Below are positions 47,236 through 57,638 of a stretch of DNA of 64,000 nucleotides, in pieces. Where the stretch lies: the NCBI GenBank assembly GCA_023700255.1, contig JAJPRD010000004.1, positions 12,093 through 76,092 on the forward strand, in the 5' to 3' direction. A program made the position numbers and the translations under genes. Source of the stretch: Candidatus Thalassarchaeaceae archaeon (GTDB taxonomy: Archaea; Thermoplasmatota; Poseidoniia; Poseidoniales; Thalassarchaeaceae). The first letter of the stretch is position 1; each line of letters begins with the position of its first letter. The notes beneath the pieces are model-generated. The model did not search any database and had not been told where the DNA came from. It saw nothing but the letters and a program-made list of their open reading frames with translations.

Positions 47236-49407
47236 CTAAATTGATTTTGTTAATTCTTCAAGTAATTCATTTGCTGCACCGACGCATTCAGCAGCACGGA
47301 ATCTATGAATCGCTTCTTGCCAATAAGATAATTTTTGATTAGGATTTAAGACTCCTCTCCAATACCAACATTGGGCTCTTATTCTCCGATATGCCGCTAA
47401 ATCATCTCTTAATGGGGTATTGAAAAATTCTTCATGTGATTTTTCTAGCCAATTAGGATGGTCGCCTCTTGTGACTTCAAGCGCAGCATGAATCATTCCA
47501 ATTTTCTTTAATGGATTCGAACATTCTTCAATGAAAGAGCGGATAGATTGCAATGAAGAATCTAGTAATTTAGGTGTATTGGATATTGCTAACTTTGCAC
47601 GTAAATCTAGTAACAATAGAGTTTCTTCATCATCTCCAAGGATTAGTTCTAATTCAGATCTAGACTGAGATGCAATACTTAGGTCATTTATTTTAAGAGC
47701 AATAGAGTGCTTCAATAGATTTAGTGAAAGCTCGGCAGTGTATCTATCTCTATCAGATAGATTTTTGAAACTTATATCATTAATACTCGTAAGAATCTCA
47801 TTCGCTAATAATTTACTCAATTTACCTGGTAATCGGTCATCATATTTCCGAACCAACATTGAGACCTGAAATCTAACTCTTTCAGAAGGTAACAACTCCA
47901 ATAATGCATGATTTTCCAAGTCAATCGCTGATTCATTATCTCCTCTAATTCTACATAAGCGTGCTGTAAGAAGTTTCTTTTGAGGACTAATTGGCATTTG
48001 TGAAAGGTGATTATCAGCAACGTCATATTCTGCTCTTTCAAAGGCTAAATCAACTGCTTTAAATTGAAGATCAATATTTTTATTTATTTTTAAAGCATCT
48101 TCAATTAATAAAGCCGCTGTGGCAGTATTATTCTTAGAAACTGATGAGATTTTATCAATTATCCATGCTTTATCAAAATTTTCAGATTTTATTCGATGGT
48201 ATGCTTCCAACCATAGAGCTCTTTCTCCATCTCTTTCGGACCAATTAATAGCTGCAATCTGATGAAGTTTTTTCGCCTCATGTTCTGACCATAACGAACG
48301 ACGCACATTTCTTATCAAATGATGTGGTTCATATTTCTCATTAGTCCAACGAAGAATTGCAAACTCGTCAAGTTCAATCGTTCCATTAGATTCTATTATC
48401 TCATCTATTTCTAATGGGGTAGGACTTAAGCTTAATTCATCTAATGTGGACATCCCATCTTTAGTCAACTTTTCAATTATTGTTGATTCTACAAATTGCT
48501 GAACTGCCACAACTTCCTCTGGTAGTTTACTTTCAGGACTCCATAGGTGTAAAGCTAGAGGATGACCACCTAATGACCTAACTATTTCAATCGCTTTTTT
48601 GTCGTTTAATTCTTCAGGAAGAAGAGACCGACCATCTTTAGTAGATATCCCTGACAAGCGAAAATCAGAATAATTTTCAATTAAAGAAAATGGATTTGGT
48701 GACCGTACAATTACTAAAATCGATGCTTTTGTTGATTTTAAATTTTCCAATAAATCTCTTATTTTATTGATATGGCGAGGATGAATCTCTTGAATTTCAT
48801 CAATAATTAGTAAATTTTTATTTTTACCTAAATATGATGCAAGCGCTGAACTATCACGAGGAGCAATTCCACCATTCCACTGCTTAGAAATTTCGGAAAC
48901 ATCAGTATTAGAATAACAAGTCGCCCATCTAACAGTCCAGCCTTGGTTAAGAACGGATGTAACAATATTTCGTGCGAGGCTAGTTTTACCGATTCCAGGT
49001 AATCCACTAAGGAAGATATTCTCGCCATTATTTACTAACTCAAGCAGTTTGGCCTTATCTTCATCTCTACCAAATAATGTTGTAAGATTAGGTATAGTAC
49101 CATATTTTTTTCCGATTGCAGAGTCAAATTCAGTTGATAATTCATTAATTTGCTGACGACCATCTAGAGTTATATGAACAACTGTACGTTTTCTAGATCC
49201 TCCCGCAATAACATGAGCAGATCTAGTAAATACATATCCATCAGATTCGAGTTTCGCCAATGGTTTATGGAGACTAGAACGAACCAGTCCCAGAGAATCG
49301 GCGAGACCTGGTAATGAAAGGCTTCTAGGTACATCCCAACTACCTTCTATATCCTCCCCAAACTCAGAAAGCCGGGAAAGAATTCGCCTCTCAGTGTCAC
49401 TGAGCAT
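47236..49407 (-). CDS. wHTH + STAND (NB-ARC-like) P-loop ATPase + TPR-like helical repeat protein
   Basis: 723 aa. N-terminal winged helix (TERRILSRLSEFG...LAKLESDGYVFTR). Walker A GLPGIGKTS, Walker B LLIIDEIQ, and a GxPLAL-type motif SLGGHPLALHLW. The long C-terminal region is helical repeat. Confidence 0.75.
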   Translation of the reverse strand: MLSDTERRILSRLSEFGEDIEGSWDVPRSLSLPGLADSLGLVRSSLHKPLAKLESDGYVFTRSAHVIAGGSRKRTVVHITLDGRQQINELSTEFDSAIGKKYGTIPNLTTLFGRDEDKAKLLELVNNGENIFLSGLPGIGKTSLARNIVTSVLNQGWTVRWATCYSNTDVSEISKQWNGGIAPRDSSALASYLGKNKNLLIIDEIQEIHPRHINKIRDLLENLKSTKASILVIVRSPNPFSLIENYSDFRLSGISTKDGRSLLPEELNDKKAIEIVRSLGGHPLALHLWSPESKLPEEVVAVQQFVESTIIEKLTKDGMSTLDELSLSPTPLEIDEIIESNGTIELDEFAILRWTNEKYEPHHLIRNVRRSLWSEHEAKKLHQIAAINWSERDGERALWLEAYHRIKSENFDKAWIIDKISSVSKNNTATAALLIEDALKINKNIDLQFKAVDLAFERAEYDVADNHLSQMPISPQKKLLTARLCRIRGDNESAIDLENHALLELLPSERVRFQVSMLVRKYDDRLPGKLSKLLANEILTSINDISFKNLSDRDRYTAELSLNLLKHSIALKINDLSIASQSRSELELILGDDEETLLLLDLRAKLAISNTPKLLDSSLQSIRSFIEECSNPLKKIGMIHAALEVTRGDHPNWLEKSHEEFFNTPLRDDLAAYRRIRAQCWYWRGVLNPNQKLSYWQEAIHRFRAAECVGAANELLEELTKSI

Positions 49408-49463
49408 GACCCTCGAATAGGTCTAGGGTTCATGGGCATTCACCTACGCCGCATCAGATAGTT

Positions 49464-51188
49464 ATGGCACTCGAGAGGGGAAATCATGGCCTTCCAGGCA
49501 AACCTGGAGTGTATTTTTTTAAGCAAAAAGATGAACGAGTATTGTATGTAGGTAAAGCAAATAATCTTAAAGAAAGAGTTCGTTCTTATTTTTCTAAAAA
49601 CCCTGATAGAGATATGATACCGAAGCTTATCCAAAATTCAGATAAAATTGATTTTATTGTCACTCAGAATCCTGCTGAAGCACTTATTTTAGAGCGAGAA
49701 CTAATTAGAAAACATAAACCAAAATATAATTCAATGTTAAAAGATGATAAATCCTATCCGTTTATTTCAATGACTAATCATGAATTTCCTCGAATCATGT
49801 ATACTAGGTTCCCTAATGAAGATAGCCTAAGATGGGGACCATTTCCCGATGCAGGTGCGGCAAAAAGAGTGATTCAACTCATAAGAAGACAATTTGGGAT
49901 TAGAGATTGCCCCGAATTACTACCCGAAGGGTGTCTGGCAATGCACATTGGTTTGTGCCATGGCCCATGTGTGGAACCTGATGGGTATGAAGAATTAGTT
50001 TCTGCGGCTAAAGGAGTTTTAGATGGAGATGCAGGGAAATTAATTCAAAGTCTAAATAAAGATATGGAAAATTATTCTAAAGAACAGAAATATGAAAATG
50101 CAGGTAAAACTAGAGATTTGATATCAGCTGTTCAGACCACTATTTCTCAACAAATCATTAATTCAAGATTTTATCAAGATTGTGATGCAATAGGTTTCGC
50201 ATTTAGGGGAGATGTTGGAGTGGTAGTTATACTTCATGCCAAAGATGGAAGAATACAGGGTGAAGTAAATTATCCACTAATTCACAGAGGAGACATCTCA
50301 GAATCAGTTGCACTGGTTCTCTCGGAACATTATTCTCAAAGAAAGCCTCCAAAAACAATATTACTTCCAACTCCAATAAACAAAGTAATGCAAGAATGGC
50401 TTCAAGAAAGAAGAGGGAAAAAAATAGAAGTAAGAGTACCATTAAGAGGAGAGTTAGCTAAATTACAACGAATGGCTACACAAAATGCAGAATTACAAGT
50501 CATGAGACATAAGAACAAACGGTCGGGGAATTTAGAAAAAATAGCTGCCGAGGATTGTGCAAAACTACTCAAATTAGAATCATTAGATTACATAGTTTGT
50601 TTTGATATGGCGCAGCTTCAAGGCACTGAAAGAGTGGGTGCTTCAGTAGTTCTTAGAAAAGGTAGACCTTCAAAAAAAGAGTATAGAACCTATATCGTCA
50701 AAACAGATGCAAAAGATGATCTGAGAATGATGTCAGAAGTAATTGAAAGATGGTTGAAAAGACAAGATGAATGGCCAGATTTACTACTACTTGATGGTGG
50801 CAAAACACACTTAGATACAATTCTCAGAGTATTAGAAAAACAGGGTTTAGATAATAGGTTTCCAGTCGCAGCATTAGCAAAAAAAGAAGAAACTATCTTT
50901 CGTAAAGGAAAAGAGCCATTAATACTCGATCGGAGGGGCAGAGTTTTAATTCATTCAAGAGATGAAGCACATAGATTTGTCAATAAATATCATAGAAAAA
51001 GACGAGGGAAATCAACACTGAAAAACCCATTAGAAGATATTGAGGGTTTAGGTGCGAAAAAAATTCAAGCATTATTGATACATTTCGGCAGTTATAAAAA
51101 AATAAAATTCGCATCAGTCGATGAATTAAAAAAAGTACCAGGAATAGGGAAAGAAATGGCTGAAAAAATATATTCAGAACTAATCTAA
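49464..51188 (+). CDS. uvrC: excinuclease ABC subunit C
   Basis: 574 aa. GIY-YIG domain (PGVYFFKQKDERVLYVGKANNLKERVRSY), UVR-like segment, endonuclease V-like domain, and C-terminal (HhH)2 (LEDIEGLGAKK...LKKVPGIGKEMAEKI). Confidence 0.92.
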   Translation: MALERGNHGLPGKPGVYFFKQKDERVLYVGKANNLKERVRSYFSKNPDRDMIPKLIQNSDKIDFIVTQNPAEALILERELIRKHKPKYNSMLKDDKSYPFISMTNHEFPRIMYTRFPNEDSLRWGPFPDAGAAKRVIQLIRRQFGIRDCPELLPEGCLAMHIGLCHGPCVEPDGYEELVSAAKGVLDGDAGKLIQSLNKDMENYSKEQKYENAGKTRDLISAVQTTISQQIINSRFYQDCDAIGFAFRGDVGVVVILHAKDGRIQGEVNYPLIHRGDISESVALVLSEHYSQRKPPKTILLPTPINKVMQEWLQERRGKKIEVRVPLRGELAKLQRMATQNAELQVMRHKNKRSGNLEKIAAEDCAKLLKLESLDYIVCFDMAQLQGTERVGASVVLRKGRPSKKEYRTYIVKTDAKDDLRMMSEVIERWLKRQDEWPDLLLLDGGKTHLDTILRVLEKQGLDNRFPVAALAKKEETIFRKGKEPLILDRRGRVLIHSRDEAHRFVNKYHRKRRGKSTLKNPLEDIEGLGAKKIQALLIHFGSYKKIKFASVDELKKVPGIGKEMAEKIYSELI

Positions 51189-54100
51189 CTAATTAGATTC
51201 CAACCAATCTTCATTTTTATCTTCTTCGATCTCCTCAAAAAAAGATTCATCTGCCATTATTACTGGAGAACTCATTGGTCCAAACTCAGATACGGCAGCA
51301 TCTTCAGTAAGTTTATTTTCTTCTCGTTCTTTTTCAGCATTTTTTCGGATTAATTTTTCTTTTCTTCTCCTTAAAAATCGAATAAATGTCATACCAAATA
51401 AAGAAGATAATATTATCAAATATGGGATTATCTCTACAAATATAAATGACCAACTATATTCAAGATTATAAGTTACTGTATCAGAATTTTTCTTACAACT
51501 AATCCATGATGTTGAGTCAGGGCATATTGGAGTCAAATATGTCAATGTTTGGCGACCATCATTTTCAGAGATATAACCTAAATCATTCGAACTATCAAAT
51601 GAAGAAAATCTTAATTCATCGGGCATATGAATTATGATTAATGAAGATGAACGTATAGTCCCGAATGGAGTGTGCTCCATTATTGGAAATATTTTTTGTT
51701 GCATATATGATTTCTCAAATGTAAGCCCAAAATCAGTAGTAACTGGGTCACCAAATGGAAATTCAAAGTAATCTGTTAAAAATGAACCAATAGAAGAACG
51801 GTGGACATCTAAGTTAATCTGATTATCATCTGATGATACACTCATCACAGCATTTCTAATTGACGCAGAAAAATTAATCGGGTTCAAATCCGAAGGAGTA
51901 ATTGTTGCTGGGATTTCATAAATACTCGATTCAACTATGAATGGAGTAGATTCCAGGTTTGTATTTAATTCATATTGACCAAAACCTAAGTCTAAAGGAA
52001 AACCAGATAAACTGTTCTCCTCAGATATTAATGGAAATAGATCATTAAGGTCATTAGCAAACTGAACCATGCCTGAATTAGAAATAATTAAATCAATTAT
52101 ATGACCATTACCAAAATCTATCGGTGCTGTTATTTCGGAACCACCTAAAAGTCCAGCAGAACTTCCTTGAGATATTGGAAACCCATTCTCATCAGTAGTC
52201 AATGAAGAAGGGTTACGATCACCAATTGCAATAGCTCTACGTATCAGATCAGAAGGTATAGGCTGTAATTCAATTCCATCTTCTCCTAAGTCGATTCGAA
52301 CACGATGAATAGACAAAGTTAATTCAGCCCTAAAATCAATATTAATTTCTCCACTTAATTCATTGATTGCAATATTTCCAAGAAAAATCTCAATTTTTGA
52401 AGTAATACATGTTCCTTGTTTAGAAGAACACAACAAGTCATTGGAAGTATCTTCACAAGGCACTGAATTTAGACAAATAGGATGATGCCAATCAAAACTC
52501 CTACTCCCTTCAAAGCCAATCTTAAATTTATCATTGCCTTGAAAAGAAGAATGAATTTCAAGAATAGAACTTTCTCCCATTGTAGATTTAATCCATTCGG
52601 GGAGAAGGAGATCTAAATTAACATCAGTATTTGGAAAATTAACTGGAATTAAATCCTGTAACCAATTTGGATCAGTTGAAAACTCAACTTCTATGATACT
52701 CATAGCAGCAGCCAAATCTTCATCATTAATTATAGAAAAATCAAGTGTCGAAATATCACCTAAGCTCGAACCTAACATATTTCCAATTATTTGCGATATT
52801 TGAACCTGTACCGATTGAGAACTTGATTGGATATAAATAGGATTCTTTCCAGACATCGCTTCTTCCCCATTTAAGCAGTATTTCACCTCTAATAATTCAT
52901 CACAAGTTTGGCCGTATCGATGATGAAAATCTAACCCCCCTTCTTGGTCTGAAACTGAGAAAGTAGGTTCAAGAAATTGAATATCTGTTCCAAGCAATGT
53001 AGAGAAACCTGAGGAAATCGACTCAATTGGGATTCCATCAATAAGTTCTGTTAAATCATCATCTAATTCATTATTTAGCATCCTGATTCCATCTGATGTG
53101 ATAAATGGGATATTCATATCACCATCATCAAAGTTAACTCCCCAATTGCTCAATGTATCTGAATCAAGGTGATGAATAGACATTTTCATTTCAATTTCAG
53201 TATTACTAGAGTCTCTGGCATCAATTACAATATTAATTGTTAAAGCCGGTTGATCATCATCAATTGACAAGACAGAAAGTTGATCTCGATTCCTGATACG
53301 CATATTAAGATCTAAAGAAATACTTGCAGTAGGAGAATCTGCATTAGTATTATTTAAGAATAAATGACCGAAATCTTGAGAAACTTGATTAGGATAATTT
53401 TGAGTGAGTAATATGCCAGGATTATCAACTTGATAAGCGGTAGAATAATCAGGAGGGATAACTGTCAATTCTACATAATGTCCTGCTAGAGCCTTAGCAT
53501 TAAATGCAGTATTGATATCACCTCCCATTAATAACAAACCTCTCATCATCCGATCGAGGTCTCCTGTATCTTCATTAAGTCCTAATTTATCGGGATTAAG
53601 GACTAATACAAATACACCTCTAAAACAAATAGGTGGATTAAATGGGTCATTAGAAAATCCATTAATTTCATCGATAGAGTCTTGGGAACCGGTGTATGTA
53701 CATTGTAAATCATTTTCTGAAATAAAATCAATAGCAGATATTGTATTTAGAATTGAACTATCAGTATAGTCAAAATTATCTTCAATATATTCTCTCATAC
53801 TTGTTTGAATTGAAGATAACATTCTTTCCTCAACAGTAAGGCCATCTCTCTCCAAATCAAGATAATTTCGTATATAGTCAGCAGGTATTCCATCTTCAAG
53901 ATTACTATCTCCTTCGAGATTTAGATCTTCGAGATTTAAATCAGAGCGTGAAAGTTCATGGATTGCAGTTGCTATGGTTAATGAAACTGTTTCAGCATCG
54001 TCAACATTAACTGTAATTGAAGATTTAATCCATTCATCAGTAATTGAACCATCTAAAATAGATTGATAATCATCACAAATACCATCTGAGCTATTCCATG

Positions 54101-54203
54101 TTGAACAAATATCATTCGTAACTTCTGGCTCACCCGGAGAAGGAGATGCCAAAGAAACCGGAGAAATTAGCAACAAAACAAGTAGTACTACAAGACGTTG
54201 CAT
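51189..54203 (-). CDS. orphan large surface protein (~1005 aa), signal peptide + C-terminal TM anchor, no recognisable domain
   Basis: The track ORF runs to 54251. Met17 (54203) gives the clean signal peptide MQRLVVLLVLLLISPVSLASP and leaves 62 nt for the divergent promoters. The C-terminal TM is IIPYLIILSSLFGMTFIRFL, followed by RRRKEK and an acidic tail. I recognise no catalytic or repeat motifs. Confidence 0.7.
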   Translation of the reverse strand: MQRLVVLLVLLLISPVSLASPSPGEPEVTNDICSTWNSSDGICDDYQSILDGSITDEWIKSSITVNVDDAETVSLTIATAIHELSRSDLNLEDLNLEGDSNLEDGIPADYIRNYLDLERDGLTVEERMLSSIQTSMREYIEDNFDYTDSSILNTISAIDFISENDLQCTYTGSQDSIDEINGFSNDPFNPPICFRGVFVLVLNPDKLGLNEDTGDLDRMMRGLLLMGGDINTAFNAKALAGHYVELTVIPPDYSTAYQVDNPGILLTQNYPNQVSQDFGHLFLNNTNADSPTASISLDLNMRIRNRDQLSVLSIDDDQPALTINIVIDARDSSNTEIEMKMSIHHLDSDTLSNWGVNFDDGDMNIPFITSDGIRMLNNELDDDLTELIDGIPIESISSGFSTLLGTDIQFLEPTFSVSDQEGGLDFHHRYGQTCDELLEVKYCLNGEEAMSGKNPIYIQSSSQSVQVQISQIIGNMLGSSLGDISTLDFSIINDEDLAAAMSIIEVEFSTDPNWLQDLIPVNFPNTDVNLDLLLPEWIKSTMGESSILEIHSSFQGNDKFKIGFEGSRSFDWHHPICLNSVPCEDTSNDLLCSSKQGTCITSKIEIFLGNIAINELSGEINIDFRAELTLSIHRVRIDLGEDGIELQPIPSDLIRRAIAIGDRNPSSLTTDENGFPISQGSSAGLLGGSEITAPIDFGNGHIIDLIISNSGMVQFANDLNDLFPLISEENSLSGFPLDLGFGQYELNTNLESTPFIVESSIYEIPATITPSDLNPINFSASIRNAVMSVSSDDNQINLDVHRSSIGSFLTDYFEFPFGDPVTTDFGLTFEKSYMQQKIFPIMEHTPFGTIRSSSLIIIHMPDELRFSSFDSSNDLGYISENDGRQTLTYLTPICPDSTSWISCKKNSDTVTYNLEYSWSFIFVEIIPYLIILSSLFGMTFIRFLRRRKEKLIRKNAEKEREENKLTEDAAVSEFGPMSSPVIMADESFFEEIEEDKNEDWLESN

Positions 54204-54265
54204 ATTATACTGGAAAAAGTCATCTACCATAAGTCTGAATCCAACCTGCATCTCGGATAGTATGA

Positions 54266-55159
54266 ATGAGTACCACTCAACCTCATCTTAAACTCCGTGA
54301 ATTTATAAATTCACATCTCATATTAAATCATAATGATTTAGATAATATACAGATATTATTGGATGATATTCCCAAGCGTTGGGAAAAATTCGCAGATATA
54401 GTTTTACTACCAAATTCGGCATTTAAGAATAAACATTGGGAGCGTTTTGTTGACAATAAATTTTGGGTTCAAGTATGCGCAGGCTTAGAAGTTAACAGAC
54501 TTGCTAGACTAGGGGAAGTCATTGGAGAAAAAAGAGAATCAACTGTAGAAATGTTAGTTGGAGAAAATGATTGGGTTATTAGGAAAGAAAGTGGAATAAA
54601 ATATGGTTATCATTTGACCCAATGTATGTTTTCTTCGGGAAATGTAAATGAACGTAGAAGAATGGGTGAAATTGTATCTAAGGATGATATCGTTGTTGAT
54701 TTGTTTTGTGGAATTGGGTATTACACCTTACCAATTCTAGTGAAAAGTAAAGCAAAACATGTTCATTCGTGTGAATGGAATATTAATGCCATAAATGCAC
54801 TTAAATTTAACTTGGAAAATAATAAGGTAGATAATCGATGTACAATATATGAAGGAGATAATAGGATTACTAGTAATGACTTATTGGATATTGCAGATCG
54901 AGTATTGTTAGGACTTCTACCAACAGCAGAAAAATCTTATCATATCGCTTTAAATTGTCTGAAAGAAACAGGTGGAATCCTACATCTTCATGGGTTAGCT
55001 CCCGCTGATAATCATGAAAAATTAGTAGTTGAAACGACCGCAACTCTAGAAGAGATTAATACAAATTATAAAGTTAAAAAAGTCAATATTAATAAAATTA
55101 AATCATATGCACCTCATTGGGATCATTTAGTTCTAGATATTGAGATTAATAGAGCATAA
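54266..55159 (+). CDS. taw2: tRNA wybutosine/wyosine-synthesizing protein 2 homolog (Taw2/TYW2, Trm5 superfamily)
   Basis: 297 aa. SAM-binding VVDLFCGIGYYTLP. The motif ADRVLLGLLPTAEKS resembles the TYW2 motif DRVNLGLIPSSE rather than the Trm5 NLP motif. Confidence 0.75.
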   Translation: MSTTQPHLKLREFINSHLILNHNDLDNIQILLDDIPKRWEKFADIVLLPNSAFKNKHWERFVDNKFWVQVCAGLEVNRLARLGEVIGEKRESTVEMLVGENDWVIRKESGIKYGYHLTQCMFSSGNVNERRRMGEIVSKDDIVVDLFCGIGYYTLPILVKSKAKHVHSCEWNINAINALKFNLENNKVDNRCTIYEGDNRITSNDLLDIADRVLLGLLPTAEKSYHIALNCLKETGGILHLHGLAPADNHEKLVVETTATLEEINTNYKVKKVNINKIKSYAPHWDHLVLDIEINRA

Positions 55160-55178
55160 TTCTATTCAATAAACCATC

Positions 55179-57083
55179 ATGATAATCTGCTATCATTTAA
55201 TCGCAGAGTCAATGGATGAGGTATTGGATGCCGAAATTGTCGAAGAGGAGGGGATCTCTATTCGTATCAATAAGCCTTTTTTAAAAAATTTAGAGACAAA
55301 TAAAAAGCTAGGAATTATGGTATCTACTGTAATTGTCATTGGATTAATTATGATTTCAACTATATGGTCAGCAGCAGGTCCCGGTGGATTCAGTAATTCG
55401 GAAGATGAGTGGTGGGAAACACCAGTTAATGAAAGATATAATATGGAATTGAATATGACTGGATGGAGAAGTCAACTACCTGTTGAAGGATTATATTCTT
55501 GGTCGGGACCTACTGAATATTTCGTAGAAGTTGATTTACCTCCTTCAGAGCAAGATGTTGGATATCCTGGACCTGCTCTTATGCATGTATCTATATGGAT
55601 GCCAGAGGTACCTAATGGTACAAAAGTTCCAGTCATTGCAACTGTTCATCCATACTATGATTTTGGTGGAGAAGGAATCGCTGGAGATGATTCGAACCCT
55701 AATACAATACCTGATGCCGGAGTTGGTCTTTGGGTATTAGAAGAATTTGTGCCACATGGATATGCTCTAGCGCAGATTTCGACTTTTGGAACTGGGAAAT
55801 CAACCCATTGCCAAGATGTCAAAGGACTCGGTGAACAGATAGGAATCCAGTCTGCAGTCCATTGGCTAGGAGAACAAGAGTGGTCGAATGGAAATGTTGG
55901 ATTAATGGGTAAATCATATGCAGGAACAACAAATTGGGAAGCAGCACAGAATCCTTCAGAACATCTGAAAACCATTGTACCTATCTCTGGATCAATAGGA
56001 GTTCAGCAGATGTTCTATAGAAATGGTTCTAGTGAAGCAAGAGCAATGTTATATGATGTATTGTATGAAGGTGCTACTACAGATGCTTCCAGTGATGATA
56101 TGAGGTTGTGCTCAGATGATGCCATAGGTCCTATCAGCCCATTTACTACATGGTTAGGTGCAGGTTTTGGAGGAGATGAATGGAATGATTATTGGGATGA
56201 AAGATACCACTTACAAGATGTAATAGATAATTATAATGGAAGTGTATACATTGTTTGGGGACTACAAGATTGGAATGTAGATCCATATCATGCATTCCCT
56301 ACTCACCAACTTTTGAAAGATGCAGGAATAAATGTTCGAACTATTTCGGGACAATGGGGGCATAATTATCCAGACCAACCTACTGTTCATGAGGGTCTAG
56401 AATCAGGATATGGGGCTGAAGCATTTCCAAATGTTACAAGAATGGATTGGGCTGTAGAATTATTCCCATGGTTTGAATATTATCTCAAAGGAATCGGCGA
56501 TGAACCAGAATCCTATGTCCAAGTTCAGAGAAATGATGGAAAATGGCATATTGAAAACACATGGCCAGCGGAAGATACCAAGGACGTTCAATATGCAATT
56601 ACTGATTGGGAAGGTGGTATGTCTGGTACTGTTAACTCTCAACAATCGATGACAATAACTAGTCAACCTATGACGAATGAGATGCATATTTCAGGATTAC
56701 CTACATTGCATATTGATGCTAGAACAAATATGTGTAACGGAGGGCAGTTATTTGTAACGATGTATGATGGAACTAGTGGTTTGAGATTGGGACATGCAAC
56801 TATGGATGTGAGATATAGAGATGGAGGATATGAAGCGCAGCCCACATCACCAATGACTAGTTATAGAATGTTAATGGAATTTAATCCAATGGATGTAATA
56901 GTACCAAAAGGCCACACAATTCAGTTAGTAGTTACTGAGACTGGAGAAGACTATTTACCATCTCCATGTGCATCTTTGGGCATGACAATATTTGCAGGAT
57001 ATCAAGTTCTTAATTTACCAACTTTAGATAGACCAATAGATCATGAGAATTGGTTTAATTCACCTATTTGGTGGGATGAATGA
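55179..57083 (+). CDS. CocE/NonD family hydrolase (S15 Xaa-Pro dipeptidyl-peptidase-like), N-terminally membrane-anchored
   Basis: 634 aa. N-terminal TM LGIMVSTVIVIGLIMISTIW. Nucleophile motif GLMGKSYAGTT. C-terminal beta-sandwich typical of the family. The start may be the ATG at 55212. Confidence 0.85.
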   Translation: MIICYHLIAESMDEVLDAEIVEEEGISIRINKPFLKNLETNKKLGIMVSTVIVIGLIMISTIWSAAGPGGFSNSEDEWWETPVNERYNMELNMTGWRSQLPVEGLYSWSGPTEYFVEVDLPPSEQDVGYPGPALMHVSIWMPEVPNGTKVPVIATVHPYYDFGGEGIAGDDSNPNTIPDAGVGLWVLEEFVPHGYALAQISTFGTGKSTHCQDVKGLGEQIGIQSAVHWLGEQEWSNGNVGLMGKSYAGTTNWEAAQNPSEHLKTIVPISGSIGVQQMFYRNGSSEARAMLYDVLYEGATTDASSDDMRLCSDDAIGPISPFTTWLGAGFGGDEWNDYWDERYHLQDVIDNYNGSVYIVWGLQDWNVDPYHAFPTHQLLKDAGINVRTISGQWGHNYPDQPTVHEGLESGYGAEAFPNVTRMDWAVELFPWFEYYLKGIGDEPESYVQVQRNDGKWHIENTWPAEDTKDVQYAITDWEGGMSGTVNSQQSMTITSQPMTNEMHISGLPTLHIDARTNMCNGGQLFVTMYDGTSGLRLGHATMDVRYRDGGYEAQPTSPMTSYRMLMEFNPMDVIVPKGHTIQLVVTETGEDYLPSPCASLGMTIFAGYQVLNLPTLDRPIDHENWFNSPIWWDE

Positions 57084-57615
57084 TTGGAATATTTTGTAAT
57101 TTGCCTTTGCATTCTTTATGAAAATAATTACTTCTAAATTTCCGAGTGCTTTTTCTAACAATAAAGCCGCACTTAGAACAGGTCCAAGCCCACTTAGATT
57201 TACTATCTTGTAATTCTTTAGTTAACTTCTTACCAATAATATTCATTTCTTTTTTATTAGGCCAAAGACTCTCTATCAAACGAAATTCCTTATTATGGGT
57301 GAAATTACCAAGGCAATGGATGTATTCATGAAAGAGAACAAATTCAGCATAACTAAGGTAATTTTCTTGAAATAAATTTCTATTTAGACGTACAAGACAA
57401 TTACTATTACTCATTCTCTTGGATTTATCTAAGTTGGTTGTAAGTCCATGCCTTGATATAGAATTCCTAGAAAGATAAGATACTTTAATTTCAGATAATA
57501 TTGATAAATCGTCATCACTAAAAATTCTATGTCCTGAAATATCGATGAAAAATTTCATTTTAGAAATCACTATATTACGTAATTTATTAATATCAAAATT
57601 TACAGATTTTGACAT
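57064..57615 (-). CDS. SprT-like / DUF45-like zinc metallopeptidase-fold protein with C-terminal zinc ribbon
   Basis: 183 aa. HExxH motif in VLFHEYIHCLGNFTHNKEF. Zn ribbon WTCSKCGF...YFHKECKGKL. The 3' end overlaps the convergent CocE/NonD gene by 20 nt. Confidence 0.7.
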   Translation of the reverse strand: MSKSVNFDINKLRNIVISKMKFFIDISGHRIFSDDDLSILSEIKVSYLSRNSISRHGLTTNLDKSKRMSNSNCLVRLNRNLFQENYLSYAEFVLFHEYIHCLGNFTHNKEFRLIESLWPNKKEMNIIGKKLTKELQDSKSKWAWTCSKCGFIVRKSTRKFRSNYFHKECKGKLQNIPIIHPTK

Positions 57616-57638
57616 ATTAAAATCTCAATTGAATTAAA

